Shown one piece after another: positions 39,860-50,659 of a stretch of DNA of 60,585 nucleotides. The DNA lies in assembly GCF_004010195.1 (NCBI RefSeq), contig NC_057721.1:44781240-44841824 (forward strand), written 5' to 3'. The position numbers and the translations under genes were made by a program. Origin of the DNA: Chiloscyllium plagiosum (taxonomy: Eukaryota). The notes below the pieces were generated by a model. It saw only the letters and a list, made by a program, of their open reading frames with translations. It searched no databases and was not told where the DNA came from. Position 1 is the stretch's first letter; every line of letters starts with the position of its first letter.

Positions 39860-40030
39860 ACATGAAGGGGAACTTAAATTGCTATTGCACAGAAGCAGTG
39901 AATATCCTGGCACTGACCGGTTTAGTGTTGCTATTCCTTTCTGTCTGTGAGCAGCAGTGAGTGTGATGTGAGTCAGTGCGCGGTCCACCCGCACCAAGCT
40001 CGCTGCGACCTGAATTTCCTGCACAATGAC
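39860..40030 (+). promoter_or_regulatory. Candidate proximal promoter of gene B
   Basis: Non-repeat sequence just 5' of the leader ATG, with an AP-1 site TGAGTCA at 39969-75 and no clear TATA box. Confidence 0.35.
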
Positions 40031-40074
40031 CAACAGCTCCAAGTAACCAGTGAGACAGCGTCATCCTCAGGAAC

Positions 40075-40111
40075 ATGGGCTCAGGTCTCAGGCTCTGGCT
40101 CTTCCTCTTAG
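40075..40111 (+). CDS. Gene B (VJ-C1 inhibitory receptor), leader exon
   Basis: aacATGg in good Kozak context, MGSGLRLWLFLL, phase-1 donor G|GTAAGG, then a 95-bp intron. Confidence 0.85.
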
Positions 40112-40206
40112 GTAAGGCTTGCCTTTGGTTCCAGGGAGCAGTCATTGCAGTTAGACTCGGGCTCTGTGGAGTTGATGTTCCCATTTGTTGTCACATTATG
40201 TTCCAG

Positions 40207-40542
40207 GGCCTGTTGTCCCTCTGAAAGTGATTGAGTCTCCTCCAGTTCTCTCCCTCCTGAGAGGGCAGACAGCTCGGATCAACTGCAGCCTGATACCGGG
40301 AGAGGAGCGGGCAGAGCTGGTGAGATATTATTGGTGTCGGGCAAGAGACAATCCTGACTTCAGCGGAAACAGATCCTGGAATTTCCTGGAAAACAGCTCC
40401 CGTGTGTCAGTGTCAGAGAGTTTCCTCATTATCCGGGAGCTGATGGTAAATGATTCTGACACTTACCGCTGTGTGGTTCTCAGAGAGAGACCTCGGCCCT
40501 GGAAATACTTCCAGGGAAATGGAACAACACTGACCATCCAAG
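40207..40542 (+). CDS. Gene B germline-joined VJ-type IgV exon
   Basis: Acceptor ttccAG| and donor AG|GTAATT, both phase 1. LKVIESPPVLSLLRGQTARINCSL...YYW...LIIRELMVNDSDTYRCVVLRERPRPWKYFQGNGTTLTIQ has the V-set core plus a J-like GxGTxLxI in the same exon. Confidence 0.93.
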
Positions 40543-40587
40543 GTAATTGTGGAAGATCCGAAATATTCAGCAGGAAGGGCTGCATCT

Positions 40588-40606
40588 AGAGAGAGAGAGA
40601 GAGAGA
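40588..40606 (+). repeat. (AG)n microsatellite
   Basis: Seen directly in the sequence. Confidence 0.9.
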
Positions 40607-40988
40607 AACAGGTCATGGCTCAGGTTGGTCAGAACTGGAAGAAGTTGGAGGTTTAATAGTTGAACAGTTTATCAAAGTCGTTTATCTGAGCCGTGCCCAG
40701 AGACAGCCTGACCTGCTGAGTGTTCCCAGAATCCGCAATGTTTTGCTGCTGATGCAGTGTCTGGACAGAATAGACAGGGAGAGTCTATCCCCATCTCCCA
40801 AACCAAGCGGTACAGAGTTACACTGAATATCCTCAGAAATAGAGGCCACATATGGGCTCGGTTTTACCCGCACTGCCCCGGACTGGGACAGAGACAGATT
40901 TCATCATGAATTTCAAAAGAGAATGGGACAACATTCTGAAGAGAAACATTTCTCAGGGTTTCCGAATAAGGACACGATGGGCCAAATG

Positions 40989-41174
40989 TCAAGGTGAGAG
41001 TGGTGCTGGAAAAGCACAGCAAGTCTGGCAGCATCCGAGGAGCAGGAGAATCGACGTTTCGGGCAAAAGCCCTTCACGTCAGGCTCACTGAAGCTCCAGC
41101 CTGACCTGATGTGTTTTTCCAGCACCACTCTAATCTTGACTCTGACCTCCAGCATCTGCAGTCCTCACTTTCGC
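40989..41174. mobile_element. Fold-back PLE insertion, 16-bp TSD
   Basis: CACGATGGGCCAAATG at 40973 and 41175. Confidence 0.85.
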
Positions 41175-41824
41175 CACGATGGGCCAAATGGCCTGGTTCT
41201 GTGCAGTGAGCTTTCTCTGAGAAGATGAAGGGAGAGTGAAATAACTCAATGTGTGAGAGAAGGAAACAGAAACAGTGCTTAGAATCACAGAGATAGAGCC
41301 CAGACTGGGATGTTGTGTGGGAGCACAGGGTCTGCCCGGGGTTTACCTTTAATCTCACATTAACCACCCACCAGCAGCACCTGCTTTTCTATCGGATCCT
41401 TTTCAACATTTAGCTTGAAGAAAACCGCCCAAAGACAAAGCTCTCTAAACTGAACTCTAACAGCGAAAGATCCGATTTCCAACAAGTCAATTACCAAATA
41501 GAACGAACATGATTTTGGGAAAAATGTTTATCATTACCTGGAATATACTGCTCCAAAAAAAAACCACAACCCGAGCACGTGTCGGGACGAAACTGATTGA
41601 GGCTCCCGGGCTCTCATTCTAACCCACATTGTTAGGAGGGGTCTGTTCTCCTTGGGTCGGTGATTTGGTAATCGGGGTACAATTTATTAAACCCATTCTG
41701 CACTGTCCCATTGAGTATCCAAGTTTCACGCTGTTTTAATCATCCCTCTCCTTGCTACCTGTCGATTTCTATTTGCTACAATGAAGATTGACACAATGTG
41801 TGTTGTTTTGATGTGTTTATTTAG

Positions 41825-42124
41825 CGAAACCTGAAATCTATCTGACTGCGGATCCCCAGAATGAAGGTGTTGGGATTCAGACACTGACTTGTTTGGCTGC
41901 GGGATTTTTCCCGAGGGGTCTGACCATTTCCTGGATTGTTGAGGGGGATGTCTCCTATCAGGAGGAGCCGGGCTCGCTGACAGTAAACACGGACAGCAGT
42001 TACAACCTGAGCTCCCGGCTGCGGATTGCAAGGCCCCAGCGGGAGCAGGGAGCCACCGTCTCCTGTCACATTCAGCACAGGACCTTCACTGGGTCAGTGA
42101 GGACAAGGCTCAGAGACAGTCCAG
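41825..42124 (+). CDS. Gene B C1-set Ig exon
   Basis: Acceptor ttttAG| and donor AG|GTAGGT, both phase 1. KPEIYL...TLTCLAAGFFPRGLTISW...NTDSSYNLSSRL...VSCHIQH carries the C1-set signatures CLxxGFxP, W, NxDxxYxxxSxL and CxxxH. Confidence 0.93.
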
Positions 42125-42680
42125 GTAGGTGCCTCACTAATACTGACCACACCACAGTACTCCCAGTTACAGCCAAGGGACTGGAAAATTAACAATTCCA
42201 TTATAAAACACGCAGTATTGGAGATGGAATAACGGGAAAGAGTCCTTTATTCGTTTACGGGATGTGGATGTCTGACCATTAATTGCCCATGGCTAATTGT
42301 CCATAGGACAGTTAAGAGTCAGCCGCTTTGCTGTAGGTCTGGAGTCACATGTAGGTCAGACCAGGTAAGAATAACACTTTCCCTCCCGAAAGGCCATTAC
42401 ATAGGGATTTCCTACAATCGGTACATGCTCATTAGACTCTTAATTCCAGATTTTGTTTTTCTTGAATTCAAATTCCACCAACTGCCCAGGCAGGATTCGA
42501 ATCCCGGGTCATTACCTGGCTCTCTCGATTAGCAGCCCTATGCAGTGCAGTATGTTAGCCGTATAGCAAAAAAAGAAGGCACTCTAAATTCCATTAAAAT
42601 TAACACAACGCTAACGCTGAATTTATTGGTAGTTATCGGAAATAATGATGTGAATGGAAATTGGCAAAAACAGCCCATCG

Positions 42681-42862
42681 CTGAAAATGTGTTGCTGGAA
42701 AAGCGCAGCAGGTCAGGCAGCATCCAGGGAACAGGAGAATCGACGTTTCGGGCATAAGCCCTTCTTCTTTCAGCATCCCTGGATGCTGACTGACCTGCTG
42801 CGCTTTTCCAGCAACACATTTTCAGCTCTGATCTCCAGCATCTGCAGACCTCACTTTCTCCT
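42681..42862. mobile_element. Fold-back PLE insertion, 16-bp TSD
   Basis: CAAAAACAGCCCATCG at 42665 and 42863. Confidence 0.85.
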
Positions 42863-42949
42863 CAAAAACAGCCCATCGGCTGGGGAGCCGGAGTTGGAAA
42901 TCTCAAACATTGACCTTTCGCGTTGCACATCGTAACCGCCCTAGAATCG

Positions 42950-43530
42950 ATTTGGAGATGCCGGTGTTGGACTGGGGTGTACAAAGTTAAAAATCACACA
43001 ACACCAGGTCTTTCATCGGACAACCACCTGATGATGGAGCAGCGCTCCGAAAGCTTGGCTTCCAAGTAAACCTGTTGGACTATAACTTGGTGTGGTGATT
43101 TTTAACTCTGCTCTCGAATTAACTTCCAACATTTCTTTTTATGGACTTTAATTCAGTCGAACAGGTGGGTTCGCTTCAGTCGCTCTGTTAGAGCACACAA
43201 TAACCTTGAGAAACATTAAAAACAGAAGGCGATTCCGAGCTAGTTTCAACCCTTTGTTTTCACACCGAGCGGTGTCAGAGCTCCTTTCGAAGCCACATTT
43301 CCAGTGCGGAATCGCTCCCTGCTTCCACACCAGGCGGCTCAGTGAAACGTCAAAAATCACACAACACCAGGTTATAGCCAACAGGTTTAATTGGAAGCAC
43401 TAGCTTTCGGAGTGACTACCACCTGAGAAGGAGCGTCGCTCCGAAAGCTAGTGTGCCAATAGTGTGCTATAACCTGGTGTTGAGTGATTTTTAACTTTGT
43501 CCACCCCAGTCCACCACCGGCATCTCCAAA
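42950..43530. mobile_element. Two fold-back PLE insertions (about 42950-43107 and 43353-43530)
   Basis: AAAATCACACAACACCAGG hairpins. The second has a TSD TCAGTGAAA(C/T)GTCA at 43339 and 43531. Confidence 0.8.
43028..43055 (+). ncRNA. Minimal hammerhead ribozyme core (PLE-associated)
   Basis: CTGATGA-t-GGAGC-agc-GCTCC-GAAA-GCT. Confidence 0.65.
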
Positions 43531-46500
43531 TCAGTGAAATGTCAGCATTGACTGAAGAGTAATTCTGGCTTCAGGAATGAAGAGAAAAGGAGCCGCTGGA
43601 TACAGAACAGGCAGCGTTTATACAGCACAAACCAGAGGGGGAATTACAACTCTGTAACAGATGTCAGCAGTTCCACATTGACCCAGTTCATTCAGCAGGA
43701 CCGCTGCGATGCTGACAGAGTGACCATGACTTCAGGCCAGACAGGAATACAGAGGAAAGGCGGGAATTACAGGGAAATGGGAGAACGTTCCATCAAACTA
43801 TCACGGCGACACAAGCAGTGGGCCGAATGGCCTCCTCCTGCGCTCCCATTTATGATTCCCTTCAACAGCCATATGCCATTTAGCCGGTTGGCAGGTTCCC
43901 AGAGCGTGTGAATAGAATGAACCTGTTATATTCTCTGGGCGATAGGCTATTGACATCATCCCGCCGCTTCACTCTGTTCTAGGTGTGTACAGGCAGTGAT
44001 CACAGCTCCTATTACACCACTGTCACTGGACGGGTGGAGATTAGACCATCTATAAATCCCCACTCACATGGGTTTCTTTGGTTCATTACCACAGACCGGT
44101 TGGGATTTTAGATGCAGGATCGTAGCCACAAGAAAAGGAAACCCGTTCAGTCCATACCCACAGTGTCGCTCCTATTCCTGCTCATTAAAGCTCAGGCAGT
44201 AAGCTTATCACCCGGATTCCCAAACTTCACCTTTTTGAAAAAAGACTGAGAGAAAGAAATATCCCTGGCCATGATCTTGATATTTAAGGGAACGATTGTC
44301 AAAGAAACAGCGAGGGGATAGATTGAAAACGTACAAATGGAGCTACGATCCATCAGCACCTTTGAAAACCGCTATGAGCCAAATACTAATGAGGGTCGGC
44401 GCATTGGATTTGCATGTCAGGCAGAAGCTTGGAACAGGGAATTCATGACCAATTTAAAACTCTTGGAGAATGAGTGTGCCGGGCCTAGCTATAGACTGGC
44501 ACTAGTTGGTTGTGGCACAATGTGTTTTTGGTGTACACCAAGGCAACAGTGTCATCCTCGCTCAGCAGACTACAGAATGCACCACTCCAGAACCAAAATG
44601 CTGGAAATCTGATATGAATGTAGAAAATGCTGGCAATTTCTGAAGATGAGGTAGCGTCTCTGGAAAGGGATTCCAACATTGCAGGTGGTGATCTTTCATC
44701 AGAACACTAATGAGAGCCATCATTCTCTAATGAGAGAGCAGGACTATAGGGCCTTATTTGGGAATAGAAGTTTGGAGAGGAGGAATTATAAAATGCATTA
44801 ATATGGGCTGTAGTAAATTATTCCCTCTTGGAGGCTGCCTGGATGGTTTCTGTCTCCACAGTATGCAGTTTGAAACCAATCTTGTTAAAAAATTGCTATT
44901 TTGTGCTGCCATTAAAATAACTGCCAGATCAAAAAGACTAAAAAAAGCTGATCAACAAAAAAAAAGCAGATATGTTGGTCCTAAATGTATGTCACTTGTC
45001 ATGAAGTTGCAAGACTGTGTTGGTTAGGGAAGTGGCTTGTCCTAATAATCTGTAGCTCTATCAATCACGTACAAATAAACAGTAACAGGGATGATTTAGA
45101 AATTACAGAAGATGGATGTGAAGCCTGAAGGCATGAACTTTATTTTCAACAATATTTACCCAGCGCCTTTATTTCACTAAACTACTTGAAGCACCTCCCA
45201 AAAGTATTATCAGTCAAAATGTAACACTGAATCACATCTAAAAAAATCAAATTTAATACATCATACCACCAACCTATTCTCTTTCCAAATCCAGGCAATT
45301 CTGTAACGGAAGCAATTAACATTCAGAAATAAAAATTATTGGTATTTCACAGTAAGTAATACCCTTATAATCTCACAGAGGCCACAACTGCTTAGTGAGA
45401 GAAGGGGTCTTTGTGTTTTGTGAAGTACCGATCATACATGCTCCAAATACCTTTTCATGAAAATACAAATGTAAACATCAGTATTTTTGCAGCTTATTTG
45501 TCATAAGTAACTTTGTTGGGAGGAACCATAAAATAAACACACCTAGAAATGTGACTATCAGAAACTTCAAAAAGCCTTTCTTAGTTGATCACCTCCTGTT
45601 TGGATCTCATAAAGAATTAAATAATTAATCTTTTGATCCTAGTTCTGTCTTTTAATTGTATTGGTTTCGACTGTCTCCAATTTCAACTTTCAAATTAAAT
45701 GATCAATTATATTGGCAATGTCCAATATAAGTCAACTAGTTTTAAGTTTTCTTTTTGAACACAACTGGCCGTTAATAATAGTAACTGTCAGCTTGAAACA
45801 TTAATAGTTACCATGTCTGTATTGAAAACAAAATATTACAAATCATTTTTAAAAAGGCAGCATTGGTAACAGTACAGCTGTATTTCAACAAGTGTATTAG
45901 ATGAGTTCTGAAAAAGGGTCACTGGACCCATAATGTTAACTCTGATTCCTCTCCACAAATGCTGCCAGACCTGTTGGGTTTTTCCAGCAATTTCTATTTT
46001 TGTTTCTGATTTCCAACATCTGCAGTTCCTTCGTATGCTTTTTAATTGGAGGAGGGATTGGGAAGAAAAGTAATGGAGGCACATCATGAAGTAAGTTTGA
46101 AATTGCCAATAATTTAAATAGGGTGCTCAATTTACATGGTCCACTTCCAGCCTGTGTAACTGCAGTGGAAAAAGAGGAATGGGTTCAGTAAAGGTTGCTA
46201 AACATCAGTTTTCTGCATGCAAATATACATGGATGATTTGTTTATTTGTATCTCACCTTGGAAAACTTGTTAGTGGTCACGAAGAGTTTAGAGAATGGAA
46301 GTTTAGCAGGCTGACAGTTTTAAAAGTTATTTTTACTTAATCTGTATAGCTATTCAGTGAAAATTGAAAATACTGTAAGAATATCTCTTAGGCTGTTGTG
46401 CATAACTATTTTCACAATACATTAAAGGGTAACATTTCCCCTTTACCTCAGTGACATGATTCTATATGCTGATACAGTGAGATGTGACTTCCCTTCAGGC

Positions 46501-46744
46501 AGTGACAAAACCACTCATGAATAGCATGACTGTAATGATAAAGACCCAATGATAGTATGGAGCTTGTCCTTCAATAAATAAATAATTTCTACACTTTTTG
46601 AGGAAATTTTAGTAGAAATGGGATAATGCATGTAATATTACTGTTACACAACTGGAACTAATTTTGGCATCATTCCTTCATGGCATTCTATTGGATGAAA
46701 CCTATTTATCCATTTCACACAGACAAGTCAATTCAAAAACTTCG

Positions 46745-46880
46745 AAGTTAAAGATCACACAACACCAGGTTATAGTCCAACAGGTTTAATTGGAAGCATT
46801 AGCTTTCGGAGTGCCGTTCCTTCATCAGGTGGTTGTGGAGGACACAGTTGTAAGGCACAGAATTTATAGCAAAGAGTTTA
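46745..46880 (-). mobile_element. PLE terminal-repeat fragment with a decayed hammerhead core
   Basis: Reverse complement reads CTGATGA-a-GGAACGGCACTCC-GAAAGCT. Confidence 0.7.
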
Positions 46881-47052
46881 TATCAAAAAATTCAAGTGAC
46901 AGATAATAAGTATATTTCTGATTTAACATGTAGGTTAGAGAATATAATTGAACATTTGAATTTCAAAGTATTGCATATTGTGTAGCCATTCTTGATCTTA
47001 TTTGTAATTAATTATTATTAATGGCTTGAATTGTTTCAATTGTGATTTGAAG

Positions 47053-47157
47053 GTTTTTCTAAGTATTATTACCTCGGCCTGCTGAGTCTTATCCTTATTG
47101 TACCGTTTTGTCTTTGGATCACAAAGAGTCAATGCTATAAACAGAAGAATGGAAAAG
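47053..47157 (+). CDS. Gene B transmembrane exon
   Basis: In phase 1 it reads GFSK-YYYLGLLSLILIVPFCLWIT-KSQCYKQKNGK: 20 uncharged residues, then a basic stop-transfer segment. Donor AAG|GTAATC. The acceptor (ttgaAG) is only moderate. Confidence 0.75.
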
Positions 47158-47284
47158 GTAATCAAATAAAATGCAGTCTTTTTTTTAATGGCTGAATATA
47201 TTGCATTGAAAATAGTGCATAAGTATTACATGAAATAATTCTAACAAAAATAACCATTGGAAAAATTTATATTCCACAGGCAAT

Positions 47285-49712
47285 AAGAGCTCAGGATAAC
47301 AGATAGTTAGCCATCTAGGAGAGCAGGAAAAGACAAAGTGCAGGAGTCATTGGTCCTAATGCCACTCTCAAACTGTTTGTCAGTGTCAAGATTATTTCAA
47401 GTGATGAGTTATATAACTAGAGCAGTGGAGCCAAATAGTGGAGATTGGGGAAGATAGATCAAATGATGGGAGATGTGGTAAATTTAAGGAAACTGACAAG
47501 GCAATAGCACAAGGTATTAACATGGGTAGTGATAATCAGTGTGGCAAGAAACTTAACATTTAAGATTGCATCATCAAATAAGGCCTGCTTTTGCGTAAAA
47601 GGCAGAACTAAAAGCTCTGTATCTGAATGCATTCATAACAAAATGTCATACAGGAAGAAATATGTATGATTTGATAGCAATTACAGAGATACGACCACAG
47701 CATGAGCAAGACTAGGACCTATATATTAAAAGCTTCAAGATACTTCAAAAGGACAGGAAGCTCAGAAAAGGTGTTGAGGTAACTGTGTTAATTAAAAACG
47801 AATTTAGTACACAGTAAAAAGATAACATTTGCACTAAAGGTGCAGAATCAGCTTTGGTCTAAATAATAGACAGTAAATGTAAGAAGTGCCTTGTGGAAGT
47901 ATTTTACAGATCATAATAACTGTACTGTAGGATAGAATATACTTGAATATAATGGGGAATTCTGCAAAAGTTATCAGCATAATCAAAGATGATTTAAATC
48001 TACACAGAGATTGAATTAATGAAATTGGCAAGGCAGCGTGGAATATCAGTTCATGTAATGGTCTCAGGGCAGTTTCATAGAGCTGCATGTTCTAGAGTCA
48101 ACCAGAGAGAAAAGTTATTCAAGAACTCATAAGGTGCAATGACAGAAGACTGACTATTGTTCTGATTGTAAACAAGGCTCCAGGAAGCCAAGGTCAAAAC
48201 ATGATAAAATTTTGTTTGCATTTTGAGGATGACCAAAGTGGGTTGAAGACTAATGTTTGAAACTTAAATCAAGGCAATTGCAAAAGTGTGAAAGCGGTAC
48301 TGGCCAGATTGAATTGAGAGATTACGTTAAAGGATAGGACAACATCGATGCAGTGGTAGACATTTAATACATCTTTCATCATTATCAGCAAAGATACATT
48401 TCAGTGAGAAAGCATTTTGGAGAAGAATGAAAAATCTGTGTACCAGTAAGGAAGTTTAAGATAATATTAAATTGAAAGAAAAAGTGCACAATACTACAAA
48501 GATTAGTCCTAAGTCAGAGTTATTAACAATATAATTAGTGACATGGTTGTGGAAAGTGAATGCACTAAAGCCAAGTTCGTTGATGACACAAAAATAGGTG
48601 GGAAGGCAAATGGTGAGGAAAACACAAAGAGTCTGCAAAGGAATATAGACAGGCTAGGCAAGTGGGTGAGAAGTTGGTTAATGGAATATAATGTGCATAA
48701 ATGTGAGGTTATCAAATTTTGCAAGAGGAACAGATGAGCTGAATAATATTTAAATGGTTAAGAACTGTAGAAAGTTATGGAACAGAGGGATTTGAGAGTT
48801 CTTGTCCATGAATCACAGAAAGCTACCACTCAAGTTGAGCAGGTAACAGGGAAGACAAGTGAAATTTTGGCCTCTAGTTTAAAGGGGATGGAGAATAAAT
48901 ATAGGGAGATTTAGCTAAAATTATGCAAGGCACGAGACAGATCACAGATTGAATGTTGTGAACAGTTTTGGTTCCCTTATCTATGGAAAGATGTACTGGC
49001 TTAGGGGGCAGTTCAGGGAAAGTTCACTAGGCTGATATCAAGTATGAAGGGACTATGTTATGTAGTGAAGATGAATAGTTTGTGCCTGTACTCATTGGAA
49101 TATAGAAGAATGTGAGATAACCTTAATGAAACATATACATTCTTAGGAGACTTGACAGGGTAGATGCAAGAAGAGTGTTTCGCCTTTTGGGAGAGTCTAG
49201 AACCAGAGGGTATGATCTCAGGATAACGGATCACACAGATAGATCAGAGATGCGGAGACATTTCTTCTCTCAGTGGGTAATGAGGCTGTAGAATTCTTTG
49301 CCACAGTGGAATATCGAGGCTATATATACTCAAGGCTGTGACAGGCAGGCTTTTAATTAATAAAGGAAGTGAGGGAAGTGTGAGGAAAGTAGATTTGAGA
49401 GTTATCAGAAAAGTCATGATCTCATTGAATGGCCTGCTTCTGTTCCTATGTCTTATGATTTTATTATCTAAATTGAGACGGAATTCTAAAACAAAGAATG
49501 ACAAAAAAAAACTGGATGAATTTAGAATATGAGAGAAAGCTAAGTAAAAATATAAAAACAAATCGTAAGACTTTCTACCAGAATTTGAAAAGGGAAAGCG
49601 GAAAGTGAGCATGTTCCACTGGCAGGGGGAAGAATGCGGAAAAAATGGGAACTAATGAAATGATTGGAAGGGTGAACCAACATTTTGTGTATGTTTTCAA
49701 TGGAGAAGGCAC
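47285..49712 (+). mobile_element. Degenerate CR1 LINE(s) running up to the assembly gap
   Basis: AKFVDDTKIGG and MEYNVHKCEV motifs. Confidence 0.8.
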
Positions 49713-50212
49713 NNNNNNNNNNNNNNNNNNNNNNNNNNNNNNNNNNNNNNNNNNNNNNNNNNNNNNNNNNNNNNNNNNNNNNNNNNNNNNNNNNNNNNNN
49801 NNNNNNNNNNNNNNNNNNNNNNNNNNNNNNNNNNNNNNNNNNNNNNNNNNNNNNNNNNNNNNNNNNNNNNNNNNNNNNNNNNNNNNNNNNNNNNNNNNNN
49901 NNNNNNNNNNNNNNNNNNNNNNNNNNNNNNNNNNNNNNNNNNNNNNNNNNNNNNNNNNNNNNNNNNNNNNNNNNNNNNNNNNNNNNNNNNNNNNNNNNNN
50001 NNNNNNNNNNNNNNNNNNNNNNNNNNNNNNNNNNNNNNNNNNNNNNNNNNNNNNNNNNNNNNNNNNNNNNNNNNNNNNNNNNNNNNNNNNNNNNNNNNNN
50101 NNNNNNNNNNNNNNNNNNNNNNNNNNNNNNNNNNNNNNNNNNNNNNNNNNNNNNNNNNNNNNNNNNNNNNNNNNNNNNNNNNNNNNNNNNNNNNNNNNNN
50201 NNNNNNNNNNNN
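49713..50212. other. Assembly gap (N run)
   Basis: Run of N. Confidence 1.
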
Positions 50213-50659
50213 AAACTCATACCTCCTGATTCAGAGGGAGAGACACCACCACTGCACCGTTAGAGTCCTTAATCACAATTAAAGGCTGAGTCAACAGAGT
50301 AATTTAAAAGGTTAACTAATCTTGCTTACTTACAAGATCAATTCAGACACATTTTTCTTAAGTTTCACAGAATTTGTTAAGCTTATCAAGACATAGATAA
50401 AAGTAACGTTACTCAACAAAAGCAGCATTGTCAATCAATTGCTTACTGCCTGTGATCTGTCTCCTTTGGTTCAAGCTCTTACCTCAAAGCATTTTCACAT
50501 TTGTTATGCTGCATTTAAATAAGCTTGGACCCTTAAACAACAACAAAAACCAGAAAGCATTGATCTTACCTTGACTGGGACATAGGAATATTCTTATGTT
50601 TTGCAAAAGTATTTTTACAGATAGCCATATCAAATAGAATATAATTTCATTCCTGACTT

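Noticed and set aside
40207-42124. Rearranging TCR/Ig light-chain locus
   Set aside because: V and the J-like motif share one exon, there are no heptamer/nonamer RSS, the FGxG is replaced by QGNG, the TM lacks charged CD3-pairing residues, and an inhibitory tail follows.
44159-44200. CACAGTG heptamers (also at 6625) as RSS
   Set aside because: No ACAAAAACC-like nonamer at 12- or 23-bp spacing and no adjacent gene segment.
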